This document shows, in pieces, positions 23,915 through 46,237 of a DNA stretch of 64,000 nucleotides (position 1 is the stretch's first letter; each line of letters opens with the position of its first letter). This DNA is from Podarcis gaigeae (lineage: Eukaryota): assembly GCA_964106915.2 (NCBI GenBank), contig OZ066919.1; one strand, written 5' to 3'. A model generated the notes under the pieces. It was given only the letters and a program-made list of their open reading frames with translations, searched no databases and was not told where the DNA came from. The position numbers and the translations under genes are program-made.

Positions 23915-26900
23915 ATGCGTGCGTGCTTGTTATTTCAGTTGTAAGGTGCTGCCATTCTTTTGCTTCTTTTTAAGTACTTCTCTTCACTCACTATTGTCAT
24001 AGTTATACTGTAAGCTGGTGGGGGGAGGGATTTGTCTTTCCCCCCTGCTCTGACTGTGTGAAGTGCCAGACAGACAGACAGACAGAGAGAGAGAGAGATT
24101 CAGAAGTAGCTGTTACTATATTGCAGCTCACACCTGCAAGTGAAACACAGATACGTTTTTATGATGACGCAGACCAGGAAGAGCTTTTCCTGCCTTCCTC
24201 GTCATCAGCCCTGACACTTTGGTGATGCTCTTCCCATGCCAGGACGCTATGCCTTGGTGGTTTGTGGCGATATTGCTGTTTATGCCACCGGGAATGCACG
24301 GCCAACTGGTGGTGCTGGAGCCGTAGCTATGCTGGTTGGACCAGATGCTCCCCTGGCCTTAGAGAGAGGTGAGTATCCAAACGCGGCCATGTCTAAAAAG
24401 CTTGCTTTGCATAGCGAGGGATTTTATCCATAAACCGACCAGCCAGCCATTCGATTTTTCTGCATTGGCTAAAGCGGGTGCTATGGTCACAGTTGAAACC
24501 ATGCCATTAAAATAAAAATTAAAAGGGAGGACGGGATGGGGGGGGAGCATGCAACATCCCCCCTCCTGCTGCAAGAGGGCAGACTGGGTGGCTGACACAT
24601 TCACACTGCCTGTGTCCCAACAGGCCCACTGGACGTGGGCATAGCCAGAGGGGTGCAAGGGGGGCAGCTGCCGCCCAACCAAGAAAATAAATAAAAATGC
24701 TTAACTAACTGACCAATTGCATCACAGATAACTGGGTTCTTCCCCCCTAACATAAAGCCTGCCCCCCTCGAAGAAAATTCTGACTACATCCATGCAGCAC
24801 AGAACAAGTGGGACGTGATGTCCGATCTGTGGATTTGCTTGAGTGCAAATGTAGAAGAGAACCAGGGCAGTCAAAGATGGACTTCTGCCAGGCTTCATGA
24901 GCCCCTCTATGCAAACAGATTAAGCCTGCATGAATGAGTCCATTGTGGTGTGCTGGGCTGGAGATTCATGGAGCTCTTGCTGGTGGGAAAGCGGCACATC
25001 TCTGCCAAAATCGTCAAATGCATCCTCTCTCACACAGTTTTCAGGAATTCATATGGAAAGCTGCAAATGCGGGGGGGGGGGCTGCTCCTCCTTTTCTGCA
25101 CCCAGAGGGGCAGGCAAGCTTTTCAGGGAGGAGAATGGGCCCTTATGCCTAGTAGCTCTTAGAGTAGCTGCCAGAGATTCGGAGCTCCCTGAGTTAAAAA
25201 AGAAAAGATAGGGAGAGAGCTAGCCAGGTTCTTTTATTTTGGACATAGGCATCAGTGTCTGGCCAACACCAGTGTTGGCTCAGGGTGGAATTTTGCTTTA
25301 GCATCTTTTGCACTCCCCAGTAGATTCTCTCTCTCCTTTTGCATCTTTGCTCCTAGACAAGGTGATGCCACTGAAATGGAACCTGGGAGAAAGATGCATA
25401 GCTTGGAAGCATAAACCAAGCGTGTCAAGCAGAAAATGCACCAGCCAGACTAAGAAAAAGTTATTAGGGGTATCTGTGGGTTTTCCCTCAAGTGCAATGG
25501 TTCATAACTGGAGGATTATTCCCTTTGTTGCCATTGCTAATACTGGGATGTCATAGAATAGTTGAGTTGGAAATGTGCTAGCACATTTGAAAGATAAGCA
25601 GAATTATTGCTGCACCACGCAAGCTCACCTGTGACTTTTTCCTGCCAAGGTCTTCGTGGGACCCACATGGAACATGTCTATGACTTCTATAAGCCAGACT
25701 TGGCTTCAGAGTATCCTGTGGTGGATGGGCAGCTCTCCATCCAGTGCTACTTTCGAGCCTTGGATCGGTGCTATGCCACATATCGCAAGAAGATCGAGAA
25801 CCAGTGGCAGAAAGGTCAGTGTGGCTGGGAGAACGGTCAGCCGCGCCTTCCTCCCAGGCTGTGGGCACACCAGAGCATGAATGTGCACATGGACCACGCC
25901 AATCTCAATCGTCCATGCATGCTTCTTCGCACGTTCATTTGCACCCGACTGCTTTTGGTTGAACCTTGTCCAGAAGGGCTTTGCTGGCTGGGGAGGAGCT
26001 GCTCTACTTAGGTTGCTGTTGCTTACTGGAAGTGGGAGGGGGCCAGGCGGCAAGCAGGTCGGTGTGCCTCAAATGCACTGGTAAAGCCCTCACGCTGGTC
26101 GTGCCAGGGTGCTTGCACCATGCCAACCTCCCAGCCTGCCTCTCAGTGAGCCAGCAGCCAGGATGCTGAGGGAGAAACCCCGGCCCACCTGGTGGGAGGG
26201 GGCCCTTTTGGCTCCGTCTTTCCTATCTACACAAGTGGGAAGCTCTGTTCACATTGAGGTTGGGTGTCCCCCACCCTCCCTGAGCTCCAGAAACCTAAGG
26301 TCCATTGTGAGTTTTCCAATACACATGAACATGCACAAAAGAGTGGATTGGGGGGAGAGCTGTGTGTCACACCTAGTGTTCCCCCACAGCCACTGAGGAG
26401 TACTTTGCCCACAGAAGTAGGGGGTGAGGGAAAAGGTGGTTGTGGCCCGCAGGAAAACATCCCCTCCCTTTAAAAAAAACAACCCGAAAGCAAAAGGTCC
26501 CCAGAACATCCAGAAATGCTTCTTTACCTCCACAGTTGGGTAATTTGCAATTTGGTTATGGTGATAATTTATTAAATGTGTATTCTGCCCTTCATCCAAA
26601 GATGAATAATCTCAGGGTGGTTAACATAACCCCACCACCACCACCAATTTTATGTTGGATTACCTACCCCCCACACACACACACATTATCAGCAGATCAG
26701 GAGAATCCTAACTGAAGTTGGGGGTGGGAGTGTGTGGGTTGGCACTGGGAGGATCATGTGAATACTATGAAAAGCAGGCACCTCTGCTAGCTATTTTTTT
26801 GGGGGGGTAACATCTTGCATACTAGGGCTGAGCAGGTGGTGTGTCTCCACTGCACGTCTCGTTTCCTGGGTGCAGTTGCGAGGGGGGCTCCGTCTCTCTG

Positions 26901-29900
26901 ATGCTTTCTTCTACCCCCGAGGCAGCTGGGATCTCCAAGCAGTGCACCCTCGAAGACTTCCAGTTCATGATCTTCCACACACCATTCTGCAAGCTGGTGC
27001 AGAAGTCTCTGGCGCGGGTGTTGCTGAACGACTTCCTGGCCTCCCGCAACCCTGATGTCGAGTGTGGGGTCTACAAGGGGCTGAAGGACTTCAGGTCAGT
27101 GGAGTGTAGCTTCCTTTATTAGTGGCTTTGTATGGGACCCGGGTGGCGCTGTGGTCTAAACCACAGAGCCTAGGGTTTGCCGATCGGAAGGTCGGCGGTT
27201 TGAATCCCTGTGACGGGGTGAGCTCCCGTTGCTCGGTCCCAGCTCCTGCCAACCTAGCAGTTCGAAAGCACGTCAAAGTGCAAGTAGATAAATAGGTACT
27301 GCTCTGGTAGGAAGGTAAATGACATTTCCGTGCACTGCTCTGGTTCGCCAGAAGCGGCTTAATCATGCTGGCCACATGACCCAGAAAAACTGTGTCGGCT
27401 CCCTTGGCCAGTAAAGCAAGATGAGCGCCGCAACCCCAGATTTGTTCACAACTGGACTTAACTGTCAGGGGTCCTCTACCTTTACCTTTTTTAAAGACAT
27501 CACCCAAGAACTGGAGAAGATAGTGGGACAGGGGGCAAGCTTGTTCTTAGAAGTTCTTCAGGACAGGGATGGGCAGAAGATGGATCTAGATCTAGATCCT
27601 TGCATGATCTACAGTGGACTAGCTCCAATGTAAAAATGAAAGCCCCTCTTCCCATTAAAATGATTAGGCTTTCTTATCTGAAGTAACTCAGATGTACAGG
27701 ACTTGTGTATGCAGGTTGTCCTAGGATCCAGCTCATGCCACATGGTAGATCAATGGCTCTGTCCTCTGAGAGAGGGTGTGGTGTCTGGATCTGGTCTCCC
27801 CTGCCCCTCCTCCCTCCATCTTTTGCACCTGCCTCTGGTTGGCTGACCTTGCACTTCCAGGAAAACAAAGGAGACCTTGCAAGTCATCTGCTCACATCTG
27901 CCTTGGGACTTAGAGGGGGCTGGCATTCTTTTCTTTTAGAGATGATAACCCTTAGCTCTCATCCCTGACTTGAAATTCACCTGAAGTTCCTTTATCTCCA
28001 TTAGCTTGTATTCACCCATTGCCAAACTCACCTGCCGGCTGCTGAGGCAGAGTCTTGTCTTTTGCTGATCTTCCCATGCGAAGCCCCTCATTGGCCAGCA
28101 GCAAAGCCTCCAGTGCACCTATTACATCCTCAACCTCCTTCATATTTGCCAATAGAAAAAAAATTATATTCTTTGGGAAAGCTTATTTATCTGTTTTATT
28201 TGTTTAGATATTTATAAATTACTTTTCTCAAAGATTGAAAACGGATCAAAAGGCAAAACCCAGTATTAATAATTAATACTGTAAAACTAACAATTAACCT
28301 GAGCAAACCTCTGAAGCAACTGAAAGTCAAGTGATTTTTTAAAAATGCTTTATGTCTTTTATGCAGTGGGGTCTTTCTCAGCAAAGTACTTTGAGCCTGA
28401 TCAGAGCGGGGGGAGCAAGAAAGGCTTCTGCTTCCAGCAAGGCTAGGAGGACAACTCCAGAAAATGTTTATTTCTCTGCCAGCTTTGAATTTAACTGAAC
28501 TTGCCACCTCTACCTCTATGGATAAAGTTTTAGGCTCTTTTAAAATGTTAATTTATTAAAATGTGCTCATGGAAATTAAGCCAAGCAGAGAAAGCTCAGT
28601 GCACCCCATCCCTCTGTGTATGAGAGCACATTCCCTGGCCTCACGCCCCCCCCCCCCCCGAGAAAAGGGTATTCCACAGTTGGGGCCAGGACTGACTGCC
28701 CACCTTCCCTTTTAGTAACGTGAAGTTGGAAGAAACCTACTCCAGCAAGGAGGTGGACCGAGCTTTCCAGAAGGCCAGCCAGGAGCTGTTCCGCCAGAAG
28801 ACACAGCCCTCTCTCTTCCTCTCTGCTCGCAATGGAAACATGTACACTCCCTCAGTGTATGGCTGCCTCGCATCTCTCCTGGCCCAGTAAGCCACCCCTG
28901 CTCTTTCCAATAATGGATTCTTCCCACTCCAAATCCAGGGCAGGTGAAGAGGACACAGAAATGGCAAAAATAGTTGTGTTTCATAAGGTTTGGCCAGAAA
29001 GCAAGGGCTGCAAACACACCATACATTTAAAGACTCTTTGGGAGCTGTATTTCACGCCTTGTAAAGTACAATTCCCAGGATTCTTGGTATGGGTGAAGCC
29101 ATGATTCTCTGATGATTAAAAATCCTCTTAGCCAAGGTGATTAATTCTGCTAAATAAGGGCTGAAGTTGTGGCCCCCACTCCCTCCCTTGCAGCCCTACT
29201 TTTATATTCACATACCCAGGAAAACATTTCCTGTTTCTGCTCATTATATTTTGGGGGTTTTGCATAGTACCACATTTGTTGGTTTTAACCTGTGACAGTT
29301 GCTGGCTGCCTTTTGAGCTTTCAAGCAGAAGGTGGCATTTTAAAACTTTAAACCTGGGGTGGCTCATCGGCAGCTGGATCTGGCCTCCCGCTTCTCTCCA
29401 GCTCCTGGGCTGCTGGCAGGGAGAGGAGACTGTGGCTGTGTAGAAATCTCTGACAGTAGCGCCAAGGAGCAACGGAAGTTGCTGACCCCCTGCCACCGGC
29501 TGGACATCTTGCCCACCTGCTGTACACTGCAACACAACCTTCCAAAACATGTTTCTGTCATGTCCTCTGTCACACTATCCCTGCCAGGATGAGCCAGGAA
29601 GGTTGCCTCAAGGCAGCCTGTTTATTTGAACATTCATCCTGATTCGTTGGCAGGGTTATACAGTGTTGCACTTCCCTGTGCATTTTCTCATCACTTGCCT
29701 TATCACAAATAGGCCAGTTTGGGTGTGGGTGGGTGTGGAATAGGCTTGTTGTGGAAGAACACAAAATCAGCTTGAATTGTGGCAGCTGAATTTGCAAGTA
29801 TGTGATTGCACCTCACCCCAAAACTGCAACCATCTGGAAAAGTCTTTGCAAGGTGATGATTTTTGCAGGGGCCTCAATGTTTGCCCTTGCCTGATGTGAT

Positions 29901-31406
29901 TTCTGGGGAAGAAAGGAAACTTTCCCTTTCTTTTCCTTTCTGACATTTCTGGTCTCAATCCCGGCAGGTTCTCTGCCCAGCAGCTGGCTGGCTCTAGAAT
30001 TGGGGTCTTCTCCTATGGCTCAGGACTGGCAGCCAGCATGTTCTCCCTGAAGGTGACCCAGAATTCTGCTCCAGGTGAGTCCCTTCTTGATGTAGAGCTC
30101 CTAGAGGATCCTGAGTTTGTGCTGCCTGCTAAAGTTACTTGTGCTCTACATTGCTGGGGCAATGAATGAAGGAATGAAAATGCTGGTGCCCAGTGCTCCT
30201 TTGAGCCCTGGAGAAGGGAAAATATAAAAGGAACCAGGACCCCAGAACAGTCTCGTGTCTGCATTGGTGGGTCCTGCTGGGGTCCTGGGGTTTGCCCAAT
30301 GGTGCCCAATGCTGACGCTGCATGGGGCCATTCCTCTTACACCCAGAAGCTCTTCTTGCACATTTCCCAAATGCACATTTCACAGTTTTTTGGCTCATTT
30401 CAGCACAGTAACTAACCAGGCCAGATAATTCATCGTTTGCCCCAAAATCATTGCCTTGTTGGGGAAATGTTACTGCACCCATGACATCTGGGGTTGCAGG
30501 GGTCCCTGGAAGCAGCAGGATTTCTCATGGGAAACTGTGCCCTCTCTCTTCCAGGCTCCCCTCTGGAAAAACTGGTATCCAGTCTTTCAGATTTGGAGAC
30601 TCGGTTGGACTCCCGGAAATGTGTTCCCCCAGAGAAGTTTTCTGAGATCATGAAACTCAGAGAGGACACTCATCACTTGGGTGAGCATGTGAGCAGCTTT
30701 AGCTGTGTACCTGGGTGCAATAAGCTTTGCCTTAGGACCTGGAAAGACATTGTCACAAGGTAAACTGGCTTTGGCAGGAAAGATCTGAAGGGAGAAAGCT
30801 AAACTCCAGTTGCTTGCTTAGTAATGTCTCCTGCAAAAACCACTTGAGCTCTGCATTTCTGGTGAGAGCGTTTTCAATGATGTTCATTAAGTTACGTTTC
30901 TTTATGGGGAGTGGGAAATATAAAATCAGGTTCAGCTCTTGAGCTCTTGGAAATGCAGTTAGAAAAGCAGCCCCAAGGCACCCTCTGGAGCAAAAGGACT
31001 TTCTTCTTTCTGTGGAGTTTCTAAAGGCACTTCAACACAGCACAGAGATTTGCCATTGCTCTGGGGAATAAATGGGTCTCTCTCTAGGAGGCTTGAAAGG
31101 GAGTAATAGTTTTCTAAAGTAGCCTTCCCCAACATCTTATCTCCTGAAGACCTAAGCCACCTCCGATCACCAAGTGCACACGGTGGAAGGAAGAGCCAGT
31201 GTTCACAGCCTGTCTTGTGGGGTGACCCCCCCCCCATCATATTGTCCTGGTCCCTCCCTCTGCCTTCCTACCCCACTTTCTTGCTTTGTCTTTCTGCAGT
31301 GGGCCACACCCCACACGGGTCCAAGGATGACCTCTTCCCAGGAACCTGGTACATAGAGCAAGTGGATGACAAGAACCGCAGGAAGTATGTCCGGAGACCA
31401 GTCTAG
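16047..31406 (+). CDS. HMGCS2: Mitochondrial HMG-CoA synthase, complete spliced CDS (1539 nt, 512 aa)
   Basis: Exons 16047-16150, 20300-20763, 24243-24368, 25650-25814, 26926-27094, 28716-28886, 29968-30074, 30555-30680, 31300-31406. All introns are GT-AG and phase-consistent. Catalytic motifs [22 protein letters not shown]; N-terminal presequence; C-terminus RRPV*. Confidence 0.97.
17595..17790 (+). mobile_element. tRNA-derived CORE/MIR-like SINE
   Basis: A/B-box-like TGGTGCAGTGG...GGTTCAAATCC followed by CTGGGTGACCTTAGGCCAGTCAC. Confidence 0.65.
18459..20070 (-). mobile_element. CR1 LINE, 5'-truncated, with the RT core deleted
   Basis: [49 protein letters not shown]; [17 protein letters not shown]; (ATTCTATG)n 3' tail at 18459-18484. 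Confidence 0.95.
20300..20763 (+). CDS. HMGCS2: HMGCS2 exon 2
   Basis: [15 protein letters not shown]...[24 protein letters not shown]; AG|..G|GTAAGT. Confidence 0.98.
21477..21621. mobile_element. Possible decayed hAT-type MITE
   Basis: CCGGGATGGGG...CCTCACCCCTG ends with an internal CACCTGATG/CATCAGGTG inverted repeat. Confidence 0.35.
23879..23913 (+). repeat. (GT)n microsatellite
   Basis: Read directly. Confidence 0.97.
24243..24368 (+). CDS. HMGCS2: HMGCS2 exon 3
   Basis: [41 protein letters not shown]; 126 nt. Confidence 0.97.
24634..24794. mobile_element. Short TIR element (MITE)
   Basis: CGTGGGCATAGCCAGA / TCTGACTACATCCATG imperfect TIRs; related to 50988-51119. Confidence 0.55.
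25650..25814 (+). CDS. HMGCS2: HMGCS2 exon 4
   Basis: [33 protein letters not shown]...QWQK; 165 nt. Confidence 0.97.
26926..27094 (+). CDS. HMGCS2: HMGCS2 exon 5
   Basis: [30 protein letters not shown]...; 169 nt. Confidence 0.95.
27134..27488 (+). mobile_element. Sauria SINE (second subfamily), 40 bp into HMGCS2 intron 5
   Basis: GGGACCCGGGTGGCGCTGTGG head; CTAGCAGTTCGAAAGCAC body; ACCTTT tail. Confidence 0.9.
28716..28886 (+). CDS. HMGCS2: HMGCS2 exon 6
   Basis: [56 protein letters not shown]; 171 nt. Confidence 0.97.
29968..30074 (+). CDS. HMGCS2: HMGCS2 exon 7
   Basis: [35 protein letters not shown]; 107 nt. Confidence 0.97.
30555..30680 (+). CDS. HMGCS2: HMGCS2 exon 8
   Basis: [41 protein letters not shown]; 126 nt. 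Confidence 0.97.
31300..31406 (+). CDS. HMGCS2: HMGCS2 exon 9 (last coding)
   Basis: [34 protein letters not shown]. Confidence 0.97.
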
Positions 31407-32737
31407 GGGAGAGCAGAATGGCCAGGAGCAGGGATTTTCCTGGTAAGCCAAAATCCTGGGCTCCAAAAGCAGTCCCTGAAGGGAAGCCGCTTGATGTGGG
31501 CTGAGTTGTCATGTGGGGAAGTCCAGAGAAGGCAGCTCAGCTTTTGGCGAGGGAAGCAAATGCCCTTCTGGCCGCAGAGTCTTTCCTTCAAATTAGCCTT
31601 CTCCAACCCATCTCCACCTAGGACTTCTCTCAGGGCTGAGAAAGCACAGGCAGAAATATCAAGAAGCAGCTTGGCCAGCTCTTGCTCGAATTGTTTGGCA
31701 CTTCCGCTTTTATAGTCCTGCTCTCTCCCTGACACAAAGCAGCTTCCATGAACCAGCAGACTCACAGAAACTGAACAATATGGTTGTGTGAGAAAAAGAG
31801 AAAGGGAAAAGAAGTTTCAAAATGGTTTCTGGCAAAAGTGGGAGGGAAATGTTACAGCACAAGAAAGGCTAAGAGGTTTTCCCAAAACCTTTCACCATTT
31901 CCCAGAGCCCCGTTTTGAGCTGAAAATGTGTTATTTAAGGTTTTACATGCTTCATGAGATGAAGAGGGGCCTGGTGGTCTCAGGCTCCATGAACCTTCTT
32001 GGTCTCTTCTGTGACTCAGAATACCACACTGGGCATAGCTAATGTCTTCCAAGGCAAGTAGCCAAAGTAGGTGGCAGGTACTTTATGACCTGGTTGTACC
32101 CTTAGTGGACCTGAAAGGGGACTGCAGCAGCCCCCCTTTCCCATCTGGAAGAGCCAGCTAGTTTGACCAGACCTCCCTTCTCTTTGCCCCTACAGTCTCA
32201 GCCTTACAGAAGGAGGCCAGGCGAATGGTTCCACCATCCAAAAGAATAGCAAGTCGACCTATGCCTGCACTTCTCAAGATGGCTGCTCTGGCGGGGGGGC
32301 GGGGGGCAGCGTCCCTCTTGCACAGCACTGTGTCCTCTCCATGCTTGCTAAGGGAGAAGGGCCTCCCCTCTGCCTCTGCTCCTTCCCCTCCCCCCCAACT
32401 TCCTGCTCCCCCTTCACTGCTGAGCTCCGGGTTCCCTTTGCTTGGAGGCATCTGCTTCTCCCTGTTGGCACTTTTTTGGACAATAGGCCTTGTTAGTGTA
32501 AGAAAGATTTGTTGAAGTATATAAAATATTTTAACACAGAAGGCGAGGGGTATTTTTATTTGGGAAAGGGGCTGGTTTTTGTGACTTCCATCAAAAGAGA
32601 TCCTGGCACATGCAGAAATCTGACATCTATGGTAATTTCTTAGTTGTAGTCTCAAAGGCAGTTTTCACTTCATCCTGTTCTAAATAAGATTTGACTTTTT
32701 GTACTCTTCTGGAGCATTTGCAGAGGCTGAAACGTGA

Positions 32738-32883
32738 TTGGATAGCTCAGTTGGTTAGTGTGTGGCGCTGACGGCGCCAAGGTTGCAGCTTTGATCCCCG
32801 TCTGGGACAGCTGCCTATTCCTGCCTTACAGGGGTTGGACTGGATGACCCTCAGGGTCCCTTCCAACTCCATGATTCTATGAT
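32738..32883 (+). mobile_element. Short SINE with tRNA-like head and CR1-derived tail
   Basis: GGATAGCTCAGTTGGTTAG...GATCCCC head; GGGTCCCTTCCAACTC..ATTCTATGAT tail. Confidence 0.8.
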
Positions 32884-33199
32884 AAATCCCTGTGATAAAA
32901 AATATGCCAAGCACAGGAGGCAGCTCTTCTGCAGCCTGCCTCAGTGCTCTGCTTTCCTTTGGACCCCCTCAGCAAGGCCGAAAGAGGGGTCTTCTCACCT
33001 GGGTAGTCCAGGACCTTCACACACGTTGCCCAGGCCTGTGCTCTGGAGAGGTCACTTCAGGGCTGCTATTGCAGCGGTTTGACTTCACCCCTGGAGGTGC
33101 ACTCCATTGTCTCTCAAGACAGACCGATATCAACAAAAATGTTACCCCTCGGCTCTTGTAGCTCAAGGATGCAGTGGACAGCAGTTTTTGCAAATTCTT

Positions 33200-33205
33200 T
33201 TTATT
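33200..33205 (-). terminator. Putative PHGDH polyadenylation signal
   Basis: AATAAA on the - strand, about 60 nt after the PHGDH stop codon. Confidence 0.6.
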
Positions 33206-33264
33206 GGAATGTGCAACATTTAATTAAGGAAACTTGCTGGCCCTGCCAGGTTTTGAACCACAGC

Positions 33265-43918
<10,654 letters not shown>

Positions 43919-45020
43919 GGTCCGCTCGCCGCCACCGCCGCCGCCGCCGGAGAAGGCGAGGCTCGGCCGCGCGCCCTAAAGACGCCTCTCGCCGCCGCCG
44001 CCGCCGCCCCATTGGAGCAGGCCGGCCCCGCCCCGCCGCGCCCCTCCGGCCAGGGGCTCGGCCTCCCTCGGCCGCCTTGGCGTCCGCCCCTCCTCCTGGG
44101 GTCGCTCCGGCTACTGACTGACTGATAAATGGAGAAATCCATCAAATCGCGCAGCAGGAGCCGCGGGGTTTGCACAAAGCGCAGCTTCCTGCAGCGGACA
44201 CGCCGGGCTCCCTGCAATCCGCGCGCCACGTCGGGACTCCCCGCAGGCTTCTCTCCGGATGCTCCCCTCAGCTCCGGGCAGCTTGGCCAACGGTCGGGAA
44301 TGATGGGAGTTGGAGTCCTGCAACACCTGGAGGGCGCGTGCCATAATTGGTTGCCCCTTCCTTGGTGTTCTGCTTAGAAATGCTGAACTCATATCTGATG
44401 TGCATGCAACCAACTTGGTCACTTGGGCTGCAAGACGGGCAGAGAATTCCTACTTAAATACATGGTACAAACTGAGCTTGGTAAGGTGCACTCAATTTAA
44501 AATGCCTGATTGATGAGTCCCTTATCCAAGCAAACTATACTTTGCCTTCATCTGGGACCCAGGAAAAGTTGTCGGATTCTCTTCGCAACTCATGGCAGAA
44601 GCTAATACTGCAGCCGCTTCTGCTCTGTCCTGCCTGCAGGCTAGATGTCCCATTTTTGGTGCTTGTCACCGTCGCTCCAGGGCTTGGGGGAAAGCAGGCA
44701 GTCTCCCCCTCCCGCAGTTCCAGGACCCCCGTTTCCCACTCCCAACCCAGCACCCCATTTTCCAGCTGCTTGTGCACATAGTGGCCATCCTTCAAAGCCC
44801 TCTTTGTCACCCCGACGCCCGTCCTTTCCACACCCATTTTTATTTTTTACTGTTGTGATTTGCAAAATTGCAACAAGATGTCATGGTTACTCCTGCCTCC
44901 TCAGCGCAGGCTTCCACAGCATGCTCAGTTTCTTGCTGCTCCAATATAAGCCAGAAGTGTTCATACCTCACAGAATTACCCTTTAGATTAGAAGATTTTA
45001 GGCCGTGCTATTTAGGGAGT

Positions 45021-45372
45021 GGGGACACAGGTGGCGCTGTGGGTTAAAGCCTCAGCGCCTAGGACTTGCCGATAGGTCGGTGGTTCGAATCCCTGCGGCG
45101 CTCCCGCTGCTCGGTCCCAGCGCCTGCCAACCTAGCAGTTCGAAAGCACCCCGGGTGCAAGTAGATAAATAGGGACCGCTTACCAGCGGGAAGGTAAACG
45201 GCGTTTCCATGTGCGGCTCTGGCTCGCCAGAGCAGCGATGTCACGCTGGCCACGTGACCCGGAAGTGTCTCCGGACAGCGCTGGCCCCTGGCCTCTTAAG
45301 TGAGATGGGCGCACAACCCCAGAGTCTGTCAAGACTGGCCCGTACGGGCAGGGGTACCTTTACCTTTACCTT
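45021..45372 (+). mobile_element. Sauria SINE, near full length
   Basis: Highly similar to 9344-9700; TSD TATTTAGGGAGT(GG) at 45009 and 45373. Confidence 0.93.
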
Positions 45373-45472
45373 TATTTAGGGAGTGGTAGAAGAAGCAAGA
45401 GAAATCAGGACTTGCCTCCTCCTTGCAGCCTTGACTTGCCCTTACTCTGCCCATGTGGTCCAGTTGCCCCAA

Positions 45473-45538
<66 letters not shown>
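45473..45538 (+). repeat. (AAT)~22 microsatellite
   Basis: Read directly. Confidence 0.98.
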
Positions 45539-45539
<1 letters not shown>

Positions 45540-45974
45540 TAATATACCTCATCCACTCTGGGTGGCTTCCAACAAAATATTAAAGTGCAATAATTCATCA
45601 AATATTAAAAGCTTCCCTATAAATTTATAGCTGCCTCACACAGTATAGGGTAGAAGCAGGCAAATGCTGGAATATAAAATGTGTGCTTCTACAATAACAT
45701 GCAAAAGCCATCTTTGATATGAGCTCATATCTGGTTTATGCTCAGTAGAAATAAAAAGGGAGCCAAGTGTCATTGGAGGGCCACCTCATTGCACAAAGCC
45801 AATCGTTTAGCCTTTGATAAGAAATGTTGCATAACCTTTCAGTCACAGCGGTTAATCACCTCATCATGATCAATCCCTAAGGTCAAGGTCAATTTCAATA
45901 TCTCCAAGCTTGAGTTTCTGCTCTGGAAGTTAATCCTATAGGGAGACACGAATAATTCTCCTGAGGCCATTTTA

Positions 45975-46237
45975 AAAAGGTAAAGGTAAAGGTACCCCTG
46001 CCCGTACGGGCCAGTCTTGACAGACTCTGGGGTTGTGCGCCCATCTCACTCAAGAGGCCAGGGGCCAGCGCTGTCCGGAGACACTTCCGGGTCACGTGGC
46101 CAGCGTGACAAAGCTGCATCTGGCGAGCCAGAGCCGCACACGGAAACACCGTTTACCTTCCTGCTGGTAAGCGGTCCCTATTTATCTACTTGCACCCGGA
46201 GGTGCTTTCGAACTGCTAGGTTGGCAGGCTCTGGGCA
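45975..46237 (-). mobile_element. Sauria SINE, 5'-truncated
   Basis: (AAAGGT)n on the + strand; TSD AGGCCATTTTA at 45964-45974 and 46238-46248. Confidence 0.92.

Noticed and set aside
16047-31406. HMGCS1 instead of HMGCS2
   Set aside because: It has a mitochondrial presequence exon, ends RRPV without the HMGCS1 C-terminal extension, and is adjacent to PHGDH.
32738-32810. tRNA gene (also at 17595 and in the Sauria SINE heads)
   Set aside because: These are degenerate A/B boxes fused to LINE-derived tails, so they are SINEs; I could not fold a cloverleaf.
45329-45601. Poly-Asn and poly-Ile ORFs (and poly-CV ORFs at 8289-8681)
   Set aside because: They are translations of microsatellites.
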